NCBI GenBank assembly: GCA_044892505.1
Contig: CM097884.1
Location: forward strand, 125,302,001-125,366,000
DNA from: Schmidtea nova
Taxonomy: Eukaryota
Direction of reading: 5' to 3'
DNA: 64,000 bases
Part shown: positions 1-13,329 of the stretch, one piece after another
Layout of the letters: every line of letters begins with the position of its first letter
How positions within the stretch are numbered: the stretch's first letter is position 1
Made by a program: the position numbers and the translations under genes
The notes under the pieces: model-generated
Databases searched by the model: none
What the model saw: the letters and a program-made list of their open reading frames with translations, nothing else
What the model was told of the DNA's origin: nothing

Positions 1-1599
1 TATAAATAAGGGTTAGTTAGTATGATGGGTTTTTCAACAGTGATTGATGGGATTGAGAGTGGTATATAAGCGAACTAATTTCAATAAGATGACAAGTTGG
101 TCTGAAGAGAAAAATATTAGAAGTAAGAAATAAAAAGAATTTTGAAAATTAGGTGAAAATTGTCAGTGTTTAAAAATGAATATCTTCTCAATCAGATTTC
201 AGGTGTTACATCCTTCGGATAGTTTACCCAAAGCAAGTGAAAGTGAATTGACGTTGTGGAAATTTGTTTTTAATTAATAAATATTTTATTTTTTCGGTTT
301 TATTGATTTTCAAAGAACATAAGAAGTCAGAATAAAATTTAATCCTACCGAAACTATATTAGCCCTACAAATATTAAACGTAACCCTTATTATATAAATA
401 TTTTTAATAATAGAAAAATTTCGTGACAGAATAGTTTCTTAGTGAAAACAACTCAATGTTTGAAATCCAAATGGTGCACTTTATATTATTGAATTCCACT
501 GTATTCGAGTAATGCGAACGACTCATATTGATAGAAATATGGATATTTCGGAGGACACATCTGTCGAGATAAATTAATTTTCAGGAATCAGATGTAATCA
601 AATATAATTTCCCACATTGTCCATTTCAAAAACGTTTAATTGATTAATACATCTAATGATGATAAATTGCGATCCAATGCATAGATAACATAGATTATAA
701 GGATGATATTCAAAAAAACGTCCAAACACATGACGTAAAGGAATACCGCGTACGGTACAAAGAACTCTATGAAGAGTAAACAAAACAACTTATGTGTGAC
801 TTGTTTAACGAAAGATCAAATGGGGAATTTAAAAAGCGAAGGATGAATACTCAAATCTACTAGATTAAAGAACAAGCCATAATGTGGACAAAGAAATGGA
901 AAATAATCGGAAACTAATTGAGAATTACACAAGAAGATAATTTGTTGAAAACATAAAGTGATTTGTGAAAGATTACAGAAAAAACAATAAGATTAAATTT
1001 GAGTTAAAACGAAAAATTCTGATAGTAGATAATTGGAATCAACAAAGAGTAAAGTTCATGATATGCCTGAATTCACTAATCAGAAGAATTCAGAAATACA
1101 ATGCCAAAACGTTTGAGGATAGGAAAATAGAACAACTACAAAGAAAATTAGTATTGGCAAATCAGAAAGGAAATAGAAATAGGGGATCCTGAACTCATAT
1201 TTTGAATGATTAGAGAAAACCCATCGGCACATTTATTCTCGCAGTGTGCTATAGAAAGGGAACTAGTAAATACAGAATGAATATATTTGCAGAAAATGAA
1301 TAAAACATTTATAAAAACATCTCTCTCAATCAACATAATCCCATGTTCGGAAGCCCAAGAAACAACTGTCAATCAACAATCAATGATTTAATTGTGACAA
1401 TGCAATATGACAATCGTTACTATTAAATTTTATGAATATTTGCAGTCAATGATTTAATTTTGGCTATTTAATATGACAATTTATTATTATCCTTCAACTT
1501 TTATATTTCGTGATGTGTTAATTATTTATTAATTAGAATTAATTAAGTATAAAATAAATATTATTACAAAATTATATTACTGTTATTCATATACTTTAA

Positions 1600-1645
1600 C
1601 CCTTTGGACACGTAAGTATACTAAAATTTTAACGCATCCAAAGGG
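1600..1645. mobile_element. 46-bp piggyBac-type micro-element (TIR pair only)
   Basis: TTAA|CCCTTTGGACACGT...ACGCATCCAAAGGG|TTAA: 9-bp perfect (14-bp imperfect) inverted repeat starting CCC, flanked by TTAA on both sides. Confidence 0.6.
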
Positions 1646-3443
1646 TTAATTAGTTGAATTTATATCAGCTTTTTATTATTAATAATATTATTGTAGTAAT
1701 TAATTTAAGTATAACGCATAATAAATTAAATAATAAATTAATTAATAATAATAATTAATAATAATTAATAAATTAAATATAAATTAATTAAATATACAGC
1801 GCACGGACCGATAAAATAAACCATTTTAGTGGATTAAAAATAATTATTAAATTATTTATTTTACGGTCCGTAGTAAAGGTATAAATACCGATGCAAAATC
1901 TAAAATCATTGCGTGTTTTCATCAAAGGTTAATTCGGAGCGAACTTAAAATCCGAGCAGACAAAAAAATTCGACAAGTAATTTAGCATTTACAACACAAG
2001 TAAGCAACACAACAATCTAACAAACAACGGCACGCACTTAATAGAATATTTAAGCAATTTAATTAGAATCTTTAATCAGTGTGAAAACTATTATACGATT
2101 TCTAAGTAAATTTCATTTAATAAATTTGTAAAAGACTTTGTTCTACCTTTACTATAAATCTATAAATATATATACGTTAAGAATCTCACTAAGTATCGAG
2201 ACCTAGATAGAGATAAATAACCATCGAAAAGCAGCAACGAAAGAACGAAGAAATAAAATATTAACAATGAAAAAGTGTGCAAGTAGCGAAACACGAAATC
2301 ACAACCCAAAGTTTAGGAAAAAAAGTTAATTACGAAGTAATTGAAAAACTAAAAAGTTTGTAAAAGAAAGATGTATTATAAAGCCACGAATGAAAATTTA
2401 CAAGGTGTGAACTGTTTAAATTACCTTTTGGATAAAGAAGTCCAAATATCCGGAACATTGATAGAAGTGTTTAATAAATGGGGTAGAGTTAGAGACTTGT
2501 TTGTCCCAGTGGAAGATTATAGACTAGGCCTCAATAAATATTTCCTAAACATTTACGCGGACTATAAGGGAACATATGAGAAAAATAATCATCTCAATTC
2601 AGTCAAATCAAAACAATCCGAATCCCAAACCCAAACCCAATTTATATCAATTTCATTCAAGACAATATTTAATTGACTTATTAGGGTTTTTATTTTTTAT
2701 TGTATATTTTATATGAACTTGAATTTTATATTTTTATGTGACAGATTAGCTATTATTATTATTAACACTCAAATTGATTTTGATTTTTACCTTAAATGAG
2801 TCTCGGCTCATTTATACCCAATTCCTCATTACTCAGTATGAGTGTTAATAAATTATATAATATTATAAAAGGTTAATTAACAATTACATTTGGTAATTTA
2901 GTTTTAAGTTAATGATAATGATCAAATTTTATAATTTCCGTTGAACGTCCGTAACTTTTGTATGACTATTATATATTTTTTTAATTTTAAGTAATTTTGT
3001 ATTAATTAATATTTTTAAGTAATTTATAAATAAATTTTATAGTTAATTACAATTATAATTTAAAATAATCATATAAATAAAATATAAAACTTGATCTATG
3101 ACTTATTATTAAAATTTTGTGGGTAAATCACGAGATTTTTCACGAGTTACAGCTAGTATATATATATAATAACATATTTTAATATAAAAAGTAGAGTAAA
3201 ATTTACTCAAACCACCTAAAACAAAAACTCAACTTTATAGTACGATAGAGTAAATCTCGAAAGGACTTAAATAAAGAACAAGACACGACAAAAACTTTTC
3301 GAAAACAATAAATACAGGTCTATATCGAAATCCCTATATATGAAATGTTAGTGGAATTTTTATTTTCATAATTTCAAAAATATTCATTTTTCCAAATATT
3401 TTTTTGCAGAATTAAATCCACTTAAAATATAACAGATATAAAA

Positions 3444-4090
3444 ATGACAAAATTAAATGCATCAAAACCAGAACATCTGGACGTTTCCTACGAAATATGC
3501 TTTTTTTCATTTCGAAAAATGCGTCAGGAGATAAATTCAAACATGTGGATAGTATTGAAGTACACTAATGGCAAAAAAATTAATCTGTGGCTGCAGCATT
3601 GGTTTGCTTTGGAATTTCTTCTAGGAAAATATTTCAGCATCTTATTACATTTTGTGACCTTATTTACCAACAGATGCTGAACCTGTGATCGATTGATTTG
3701 AGAGTAATTACGTAGTCTGAAGAATACGAAAATACATAAACGATATACCAATTCGCGGTCCACCATTATTCCTTCCAACATTACGATCAGTTTTTGATTC
3801 AGTGGAATTGGGGATTCCACGCACTAAAAACGTATTTTGAAATTGCTTAGAATTATTGTAGAATTTCAACAACATATAAAAATTCAGATTGAATGCATTT
3901 TTCATGAACCAGTAAAGAGAAAACGAAGGGACATCGCACGAAAATAGAATTTTGACGGTGATAAAGAACCGACAAAACAAAACAATTGTGTTTTAAACTA
4001 TTATAATGCAACAGTATGAACTATTATGTGAAGATAATTCATAAATAGATGACCGGCAAAACAGAACAACCATGAATTATTTTCACGAAA
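3444..4090 (+). pseudogene. Degenerate Mutator-like (MULE) transposase fragment
   Basis: Across frameshifts reads CFFHFEKCVRR (CxFH motif), ALEFL and PPLFLPTLRSVFDSVELGIPRTKNVFE, matching the MULE C-terminal PPLFPPxxW...PRTNN..E pattern; several stops. Confidence 0.7.
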
Positions 4091-5076
4091 TAGATCAGTG
4101 TTTTATTGTATTTTTTAAAAATTAAAATAAATATTTTATTGTATGATAATTATTATTTATTTTCAAATATAAGTAAAATCAGCTAAAATAATTGTGATTT
4201 TAATTCTGTCCGGATTAAGAATGTCAGGACTTTAATACTCTTAAGAACTTCATTGTCGAAATTTTAATCTGCACAAAGTAACAATAGTGATCACCGTAAG
4301 ATTCAAAAAAACTAGAGTAAGAGAAACAAATACCAAACCCCCAATCAAATGTTCATAAAACAACAATTATAATAGTCTGTTAAAAAACCATTAATATCCT
4401 ATGAACTAAAGAAACATGATTTTAAGAGTATTCTTTACTTAACTATTAATTGAAAAAAAAATTATTTTAAAGTAGGGGGTTGTAAATAAAACTGATCCGA
4501 ATGTTTAACGTTGGTTAGAAACTGGAGTATCGACAGTTAGTTTAATTTAATTGCAGGCATAGCCGTAGTAAAAGCACAAAAAAGACTTTACCTCAAAATG
4601 ATTGAAAAAAATAATAAAACATTTAACCAAAACTATTTTAAAAAATTATGCATTGCAAATATGATAACGCGAAAAACATAAATATTGCAAAGAAACTCTC
4701 GATGATTTTAGGTAATCAATTAAAAGATACTTAAAAGTTTAAAAAAATACTTTAAAAAATTATGTCGAATGAACTGGTAAAAGATTTAGAAAATTTTTTA
4801 TTTGTATCGTTTCTTTTTTTGTTACAAATTGATATTTGTGTGAATACAAATTTGATATTTGTTGCAAATTTAACAAACAATAAAAAGCAGCATTGATTTG
4901 AAAAAGGATCAGCAGTATCTGGAATATATTCTAGTACTAGTTGATCAAGCAAATAAAAGATAATTTTTTTAAATAAAATCAATTATAAAGTTAATTAAAA
5001 GTAAAAATAATTCTTTGATGAAGCATGCAAAGATCGAAGAAAAATTATGTAAATATTTTTAACAAAATCTATTAAA

Positions 5077-5916
5077 TTAATTTTCTAAATTAGCAGTAGT
5101 CCATCTGCGTTTTTTAGTAGGTCGACTTTTTCCAAAATGAATTTTCAAATGTGCTTGAATATTTGTGTAAATTATCGATGATTGGCCGATATAGGAGAAT
5201 TTTATCTTTTTTTCTTTGCCGTCTTCTTTTTCACAGAGTCGACATACATATGTTCCGAAAACTTTATCATTCGTCTCTTCATTAAACCAATCTTCCAATG
5301 CGAAATCTTTTCCTCTTTCAAGTTGCATATCTGGAAATTTTGAAATAGTATTTCTCAAAACTTTTTCATAGGCACTTTCTGGAGCGTCGTATTTGTAAAA
5401 CTGTTCTGTGTTGCTTGCTTTTCCAGCATTGCTAGAATTTGATGCGTTAACATTAAGAGGTAGATCATTAGTTTCGTCAACTTCTTCGAATTTTTGAGGG
5501 AAAATAGTTTTATTGGAACTCAGCCGTTTGAATATCTCATTTTTATTAGGCTTCATGTCTGCTTTATCGTTTCGTTTTTTCGAAATGGTATTTTCAAATT
5601 GTTTTACCGAATGAGAAATTGTTTTGATTAATTTCACACGAAAAATCGGAGAAAACATAAAATACAAAGGGAAATCCGCGAATTCATTTCCGATGATTTG
5701 AGCGCGTTCCTCAGCTGGCATTGTAGACAATCGATTTTGTACATATTTTTCTATTAGATCCACAGAATGATCGGAAAATCTGTGAAAATGTTCGATCTCA
5801 CAATAACCACATAATTTCAATATCGGCGCGATGTATTGAGATTGAGTAGATTGAACTATTGAATCAAGAAATTCTTGGAACATTTTAATGAAATAATTTA
5901 TTGAAAATTCAAACAA
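5077..5916 (-). CDS. Uncharacterised 279-aa protein with C-terminal C2H2/BED-like zinc finger and basic NLS-like tail; possibly a transposon accessory gene
   Basis: Uninterrupted 840-nt ORF in very AT-rich DNA; CRLC...HLKIH motif; ends RPTKKRRW. Confidence 0.55.
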   Translation of the reverse strand: MFEFSINYFIKMFQEFLDSIVQSTQSQYIAPILKLCGYCEIEHFHRFSDHSVDLIEKYVQNRLSTMPAEERAQIIGNEFADFPLYFMFSPIFRVKLIKTISHSVKQFENTISKKRNDKADMKPNKNEIFKRLSSNKTIFPQKFEEVDETNDLPLNVNASNSSNAGKASNTEQFYKYDAPESAYEKVLRNTISKFPDMQLERGKDFALEDWFNEETNDKVFGTYVCRLCEKEDGKEKKIKFSYIGQSSIIYTNIQAHLKIHFGKSRPTKKRRWTTANLEN

Positions 5917-8900
5917 TTTATTTTATAATTAAGTTTTAAAATTAATAATATTAATTATAAAATTAATATTTTATAAATTTGAAATTTGAATTGACTATTT
6001 GAAAAATAACAATTATAATTTATTATTTTCATATTTTTATTATTTTATTTCAAGAAATTAAAGTAAAAATTGTTGCCAAAATAATTATGAAAAAAAATGT
6101 TAATAAATATTATTGTTACAAATAATTCATTGTTTCTAAATAATTATATATATTTTGATTTAGTATTAACAATGGAAAAATAAAAAAATACTACTGTAAC
6201 TATTAAATTTTTTTATTTTTTTTCTTTTTCATATTTTCATGTTTTTAAAATGTGTTTAATTTTTGAAATTTATTAACTCGAATAATATAACTTACCTTTT
6301 TCATAAATTTTTATATTGAATTAAATAAAATAATTATATAAATTTTAATAGTAATTAAATTTCTTATAATTTTGATAGATATTTAAAAAATATTTTCAAT
6401 TTATTTAATAAGGAAACATTCATTAAGAATGTCCTTAGCAAACAAGTATTTTGTTACCACCAACCCCACTTGTTTCTTTATGTCTTTTATGCGAAACATC
6501 TAACTCTGAAGGACGTTCCACGAAAATTTACATTCCTTATTTTCAGTAGAATTGCATTGAGTTTATAGGTTTGTAAATTTTTTTGTATATAATATTGTTT
6601 AAAATATTTAGTAAAAATTGTTCCAATTAAAAAAGATGACCCATTTTTTTCAGAACAAAATTATATATGAAAATAAAACATCTGTCTTTTTAATTACTAA
6701 ATTATTGCAGTCGGTTTCTAAATGTTGCTCATTCTCTCATTAAGAGAACTGAGAAAATAGTATTCAAATAAGAAGGCGTTGGGTAATAAATAAATCTCTG
6801 ACAGAAAATAATAGTAAAATATTAAAAAGGAATCTGTGGTAATTGTATTTTCTTGCAAATGACAAATTGAATAATAATCTGTAATTTTATATTAGGATTT
6901 TAATGAAAATGTAAATTGTAACTAAAAGTGCAGCTGTAGATAAGCACTTCCTTAATGTTCCATATTTCCTTTTTGTGGAGACATTTCTCTCCCTTCTTAG
7001 AATTTGGTTGCACAATTAAATGCTCATCAATTTATTTAGTTATAAAACTGATGCAAATTCGTTGTGATAAAGTAATAGAAATTTGCGATATATTTTCAAT
7101 CCACCTCAATAAATTCGTATTTTACAAATTCTTAATCGATTTTATGGTTTGTACTCGAAATCCTTCCTTGTTAACCGAAATATTTTATCAAAACGTTTCT
7201 AAAATAACACTTTTAAGACGTCTGAACTTATGCATATTCTATATTTTATAGTAATTCGTAGTTTTATATTCGTCATCAAATATCCTGTGTGTATATGTTT
7301 TCAAGCATTCACAAAATAATATTCACTAATCGACAATAAATTTAATTTATTTCTAATTATTTTAATTAGAGTTATTGAGACAAAAATAAACAATTTTTAT
7401 TGATGAGTATATATAATAATTTTTAATCTTTGGATAAAAAGATGAAATTTTAGATTAACTAACATTTCTTTTATAAAATTGAGTTTAATCTATTACTTTT
7501 AATAATATAGAACTGGGATCATTCTTTCTTTTTTTTGTTTCTTTAAAAAATCAGTAAAGTAATCACTTAGCAATCACTTAGCAATCACTTATTTGAGATT
7601 AAAGATCTTTAGCTTGTCAAAAGTTAAATATTGTATTCTATTTTACAATAATTGGAAAGATAAATAAATTTTTAATTAATTAGTTTGTATTTTTGTATTT
7701 ACACTTATTTAAAATTATTTGATATGTATTTATTTTTTAATAACCATCTATTTCCAATTTTTTGCTTAGTAATTCAATAAATTATTTCTTTTTGGTGCTA
7801 TAATTCATTTAATGTTCCCCATTAATTTATGAGTATTTCACATTATTTTTTGTAACCCAAGCATATTTCATTTCATCTCAAATTCAAAATGACAAATACT
7901 AAATTGATGTATAAACATTCATATAATACCTAAGTGCCAAATTCAGTATTATTTATAGACATATTCTATTTATTTAACAAATGCAGTTTTAACAAACACA
8001 CCATTAATATTTCTTCTTCAAATTCTTGCAACAATAGATTTTAAAATAGAGCATTGCTATTATTAGAAAAGGTTGGTCAACGTATTGGTCAACAAAACAT
8101 GGATCATTTTCTTTAGTTAAAACTAGAAGTTCGATATTTGTCAAGTAATCAAATTTTATTGACACCAAAGAGAGTTAGCTGGTACAGATACAAATACATC
8201 GTTCTCAATGTCGTGCATTTAATTTTGAAAATTTAGGTAAATAAGTTATGTATTATTTTAATACCTCTTAGAACTTAATAACATAATCAGCATAAAATTT
8301 AGTAACATGAGAAATTGGATTATAATTTTTGTAAAAACACAATTTTATAAAGATTTGCATGTGCTAAACCTTTTTTTCTTATTTTTTTCGTTTTTTATGA
8401 GGCCTGATAATAAAATCAACAAAGTCTAAACCTCTATATTTTGACTTACGAATTAAAAGAAATTAAAAACCGGAAATAATTAATTATTACAAATATATCA
8501 AAACAGTAATACACAATCCGAGTATTTTTATTTTTAATGTAAAATCTGACGTTATCATAGATATTGGTAATTTTCAAGGAAAGCAGTAGAACGGGAATGT
8601 TGTCATAAATTCAATGTAGAAACAGTGTAATGTCACAGCATACAATTCAAAACACTGATAAACTAGTCAAAAAGCAAATTTTAAATATAAAAAACGTAAC
8701 AGTTACATTAGCAAAGAATTATTGTATACTAGGTTGTTCTAAGGCACCAAGGCGCCCCCTTAGTCAATTTTTCACTTTTGGCAGTTTCATTTTTTAGTAT
8801 TAAATAATTGAAAAAAAATAAATGTCCATCTTCAATCTTGATTTTGACATTTTTTGCGTTTCTTGATCTTGATCCTGTATATCCAAGATCAATATGGTCA

Positions 8901-10035
8901 TAAACTCTCTTCAAAAAATCCCCAAAAAGAAAAAATGTGGAAAACATTGAATAAAAAAAGTAATCGTAGTAAACTTTGGGCGTTCCGGAATCACAGATAA
9001 ATAAATAAACAGATAATGTTGGGTAAATATTATATATGTGGAAAAAATATATTGAAAATTTGATTGATTGAAATTGATATTAAAGTTGTGTGATTTTATT
9101 TGTTATTCAAAAAAGTAAAAACTGTAAGTTAAAGCAAAGGAAGCAATTGATTAAATGATAGCAAGATAACCAATTTTTACAAAACACACATTAGAATAAT
9201 ATAATCAATAATAAATATCCAAGAACTGTCATATTGACTAATGCAAAATATTTCGAAAATAGTATCAAAGAATAATATTCTATGAATATTATAAATTTAA
9301 ATTTTATTTAATATTTATTAATAGTTAAATAGATAACATGAGTGTTTAGACACCAATTTTAAGAAAATTTATTTATTTTATAGTGTCGATGACTAATATT
9401 ATTTCACAAGTAGTTTAAAATAGTGTAGCTGTGTTATTTAATTAGGCTAGTGGTGCAGTTTTCATCCAAATAATAAATAAATCTGAAATATATTCAAACA
9501 CGAAAGAATGTAACTTGAAATACATCTTGAACACAAACACTTTAAACAATTGCAATAGTTCATGATACTAAAGAACTATTATATTGCTTCTCTATGAAGA
9601 ATGCTTAAACAAAAGAAAATAATTAGCTATGTTGGGATTATAGCTAAGTACTGAATACATTGCAGGAGCAAACAATGTTGTAGATTACTGTTGTTGGCCA
9701 TGGATCGCTTGTGACCTAAACGCTTTTATATGTGGCTTTTTTCAAAATCATGAAAATATTTAATTAATTAAATTATTTAATTCTGTTAAAAAATATTTTA
9801 AAGTTTTATTAAAAATATTTGATTTTAATTACAATTTTTTGTGTGGCGTGTTTAAATATTTAATTATTTATATCAAATTGTACAAAATGATGATTTCATA
9901 AATTTATTAGCTTATAAAATTACAATTCATTTAATTGCATATTTTCTTTTCATTTCGGAATTGCAATCACTAGAATCTGTGATTTCAAATCATCAAAATC
10001 ATCTCAGCCTGCTTCATTATTTGACAATCGGTTGT

Positions 10036-10314
10036 CTAATATCTGACTTTCAATAATGAATTCAATATCTTAGCAAATTTTTCGTCACTCTGACTCTTGT
10101 AACTGAATATCAGAATAGATATTTCTAGTTGGACATTATCTTTCAAATGTATGTCATATTTTAAACTCATACAATCAGCTGAAGCAATTCTTGGTAAATT
10201 TTCATAGAATTGGGTTACGGTTGCCAGACCCCTCCATGTACGATGAGAGAGGAGTTCGAATTGACAACTCCACCAGCCACCAGGAAATCTGCGAAGCTCC
10301 ACTGGCATCTCCAA
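10036..10314 (-). pseudogene. Unidentified coding-like fragment
   Basis: 92-aa GC-richer ORF (RRFPGGWWSCQFELLSHRTWRGL); coding-like sequence continues after a frameshift to about 9960; no family recognised. Confidence 0.25.
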
Positions 10315-10553
10315 ATCGCTATGCCATAGAAAATGATATGTTATATATTGATTAACGTTTTCGTATTAGCTCTTATTTCATAATTGTTGATTGTTTGTGT
10401 TTCATGAATGGTTTGATGATAATTGACAACGGTCCCCAAAGGGATAAGTGGTATAAAGCAGTCTAAGAAATAGTAATCAGGGTGTATGAGGGACGGGCGC
10501 TAAAGTTTACATTGAATTTTTAGTAGTTAATATGATGACTTTTGGATATTCAG

Positions 10554-11099
10554 GAATGAATTCAAATAGAAAGGCACACGTTATGACTAGCCGTTTTCTT
10601 AAATCTCTTCGACAGGAAAATACCGAGCTAAAGAGTGTCCTCGCCAGACAAACCCGAGAAGTCAAGGATTTACGCAAGACTTGATTTGCACCACAGGAAA
10701 AGAAGAAATGTCTCCAAAGTATCGAGCGACTCCAGCGAGCTCTTGATGAACTACACTAGATCTCACTGCTATCCGCTGCAAATTAAATGCCGACCTGAAT
10801 TATGTCACTCAGACCTATGTAGATCATCGGTTTCGGGCTAAGATTCGCCAAATAACACGCGAAAAATGTGACACTCGCCATTGAAACTCAGACGGAAGAT
10901 ACGAGGATCACTCCATTCATGTCAACATCTGTAGCCACTACAATCAGTGGGAAGACCAAAATACGGAACCGCATGGGAGCTAGGTGCCGAAGAGAGCAAC
11001 GGGTCTATGCTGAAAAATTAAACATACAAGTGGATTGGCTCAGTGAGCTAACCGAACGACAATTAGTAGACACTATTGACTACACTGTGTTATCTAAAT
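10554..11099 (+). pseudogene. Coiled-coil/Arg-rich orphan ORF family, copy A (disrupted; 3' end split by a hAT MITE)
   Basis: KIRNRMGARCRREQRVYAEKLNIQVDWLSELTERQLV aligns with copy B KRRNRLGAKRRRERRAYAEKLGIEVDFLSGLSEKQLI. Removing the MITE restores a TAA stop (11551-11553) inside AATAAATGTGTT, as in copy B. Confidence 0.7.
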
Positions 11100-11543
11100 C
11101 AGAGGTTCCCAAACTTCTTTGTCTCTGGACCCACTTGGAAATATTTTTGACATCTCGGGAACCACTGAATAAAATTAAGCATCGAGTACTCAGTAATATC
11201 TCATAAATTGGGTTAAAATATTCCGATTTACAGACAGCGTTTAGAAACTTTAGAAATTAGCACATTTAAAACATAAAAATGAAACTTAGAAAAACAGTAA
11301 AAAATTTATTTCAATGCAAAAGCAACAGTTTTAACAGTGTTATAACAGTTTAACTAATATTTATACAAGTAGAAGCTAGTTATAGCCCAATCATGGTCAA
11401 ATGTTGTTGTTCCGCTAGTTATACCGGAATAAAGTATGAAATTTGCGGGTTACTGAAATAAAAGACGAAAAAAGTTATGTTTTCCTAAAAACTTTCGCGA
11501 CCCACTTGCCAGAGCTTGGCGACCCACAGTTTGGGAACCTCTG
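11100..11543. mobile_element. Non-autonomous hAT MITE (Charlie/Buster-type ends)
   Basis: 16-bp TIR CAGAGGTTCCCAAACT at both ends; perfect 8-bp TSD ATCTAAAT. Confidence 0.9.
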
Positions 11544-11645
11544 ATCTAAATAAATGTGTTGTTATTTGGGTGAGACGGGTTTAGCAAATGTTTGTCTATT
11601 ACGAGAGATATGGAAGGATAGTAAAACAGCGCGGACTATCCAACA

Positions 11646-11812
11646 GGGACCATGAGGTTTAGGATGAATAGTAATAGGGTCTTCTATCGGCCCAGGACTC
11701 AAGCATATGAAAGAGAAGAATAGTGACCCCCAGGTCGCTCACCTGTTCTCTTGGTATGCACTGTATGGTACAGTACCAAAACGAGGTGGTGCTAGAGACA
11801 TTCCATGGGTAC
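11646..11812 (+). ncRNA. Conserved multi-hairpin motif, copy A (candidate structured RNA)
   Basis: GGGAC ... GGGTC-TTCTATC-GGCCC hairpin ... GTGACC-CCCA-GGTCGC hairpin ... long hairpin CACCT..TTGGT..ACTGTA-TGG-TACAGT-ACCAA..AGGTG ... CATGGGTAC; related to copies at 17776, 18850 and 41009. Confidence 0.5.
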
Positions 11813-12503
11813 CATAGCGGATGATAACTCTTTTTATGTTGGTATGTTTTGACCCTAGACGAATATCATCAAATCCAAATGAAATAACAACCAATACACC
11901 AGCACAATTCACACGATAAAGTATATTTTAGTTACCCAATAAACAAATATTTTAAACCCGGTAACTCTCAGGAATACAAAAATGAACAGAATTCAAAATT
12001 ATTTTATAATTTTACAGTTACCGGTTTTCGTTGAAATCAACACCCATTGAATATAGGAAATTGGTTTTATTTTCAATTTTTTTTTCAATTTTTATATATA
12101 TATATATATATATACAAAGGGCGCATATCGTCAAAGGCCTACATAGGAAAAGATTTTCTCATTTAATTCAGAAAGTATTATGGAAATTCAAGACACAAAT
12201 ATTGTGAAATCTTTTCGAGTCTCTGATTTACCTCAAAATGGTATAAAATTGAAGTCATGCTAAAATGCATTTTTTTATTCTTCTAATGTGTAGAACTTTT
12301 ATTTAATTGACAATAATGATGTTGATAGATATCGATGTTGATTGAAACGTTGATTCTATATAAAATTTAGAGCAAATAAATTTTATTTATTAGTTTTAAT
12401 TAGTCTTATTTTCAATTTTGGTAAAACCCTGTACGACTTGAAATGTGGACCATGTTCTTATTATCGTTAGGTCTTATTTTAAATTTTTTTCGTTTGTAAA
12501 ACC

Positions 12504-12550
12504 CCGTATTTCTTGAAAATAAGACCTGGTCTTATTATCGAGAAAATCCG
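12504..12550. mobile_element. pogo/Tigger-type terminal inverted repeat remnant (two TIRs back to back)
   Basis: CCGTATTTCTTGAAAATAAGACC-T-GGTCTTATTATCGAGAAAATCCG, an imperfect palindrome resembling pogo-family ends. Confidence 0.4.
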
Positions 12551-13329
12551 ATAAGTATTTGGAAAAAAAATAAATTTTGAAATACAATTTATAAAAATTA
12601 TCAAATTTCTATTTCGTGATTAATTTATGATTTTCTTGAAATAGAATATAATTAAAAATAGATAAACATTTTTAGGATGTTTAGACAATCGGTAGCAATT
12701 CTGAGACAATTTCTAACTTATTTAACGATTAAAAGATGATTCTTTTTCAATTTGTGAATTTTCAAAATTGTGTTTTATTATACTTATCCATATAACATCT
12801 GTATCTGAATGTCAAATGCCGTGATGATAGAAATCATTTTAACCTAACATAAAATGAATCCTTTAATTTTATTTAATGTGAATAATAATTGCGCGTATTT
12901 GTGAAATAAATACAAAATAATACAATTTTTGTTTTGATGAAACGATTTTAAACTAACAATTTAAAAATTTTCTTAAGAATTTCTTGTGCCAAATATAATT
13001 ATTTAGGAAGTGAACGATTCAAAACAGGACAAGTAATTTGTAATTATGAAAAATTTATGCATTCTTTTGTGTGATTTGATTTACTGGATCAATTTTTGGC
13101 CGTTGTTAAATCAATGGACATGTGGATTTTGCTTATATTTTAAACTAGATAAGGCATCTTCCAAATAATTAAATATAATCATATGAAAATAAATTTTGGA
13201 AAGGGAACAGAAATTTTGTTGTAAATGCGCATCCATAAACCTTAATTTAAAGAAATTGACAATAAAATTATTATATTTCAATTTTTTCAATAATAACAAA
13301 TTTGACAGCTACTTTATATTATGAATGTA

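Noticed and set aside
1803-1871. 18-bp imperfect inverted repeat (ACGGACCGATAAAATAAA)
   Set aside because: No TSD or family signature; cannot be assigned.
2371-2676. RRM-like ORF (EVFNKWGRVRDLFVP)
   Set aside because: Only one short stretch resembles an RRM; no RNP1 motif or gene structure supports it.
3110-3160. Possible Helitron 3' end (CAGCTAGT)
   Set aside because: No convincing subterminal hairpin or matching 5' end.
11646-11812. Canonical HDV-like or hammerhead ribozyme call for the four-copy motif
   Set aside because: The loop TTCTATC lacks the usual CG of L3, P1/P2/J4-2 could not be completed consistently in all copies, and no CUGANGA/GAAA core is present; left as an unassigned structure.
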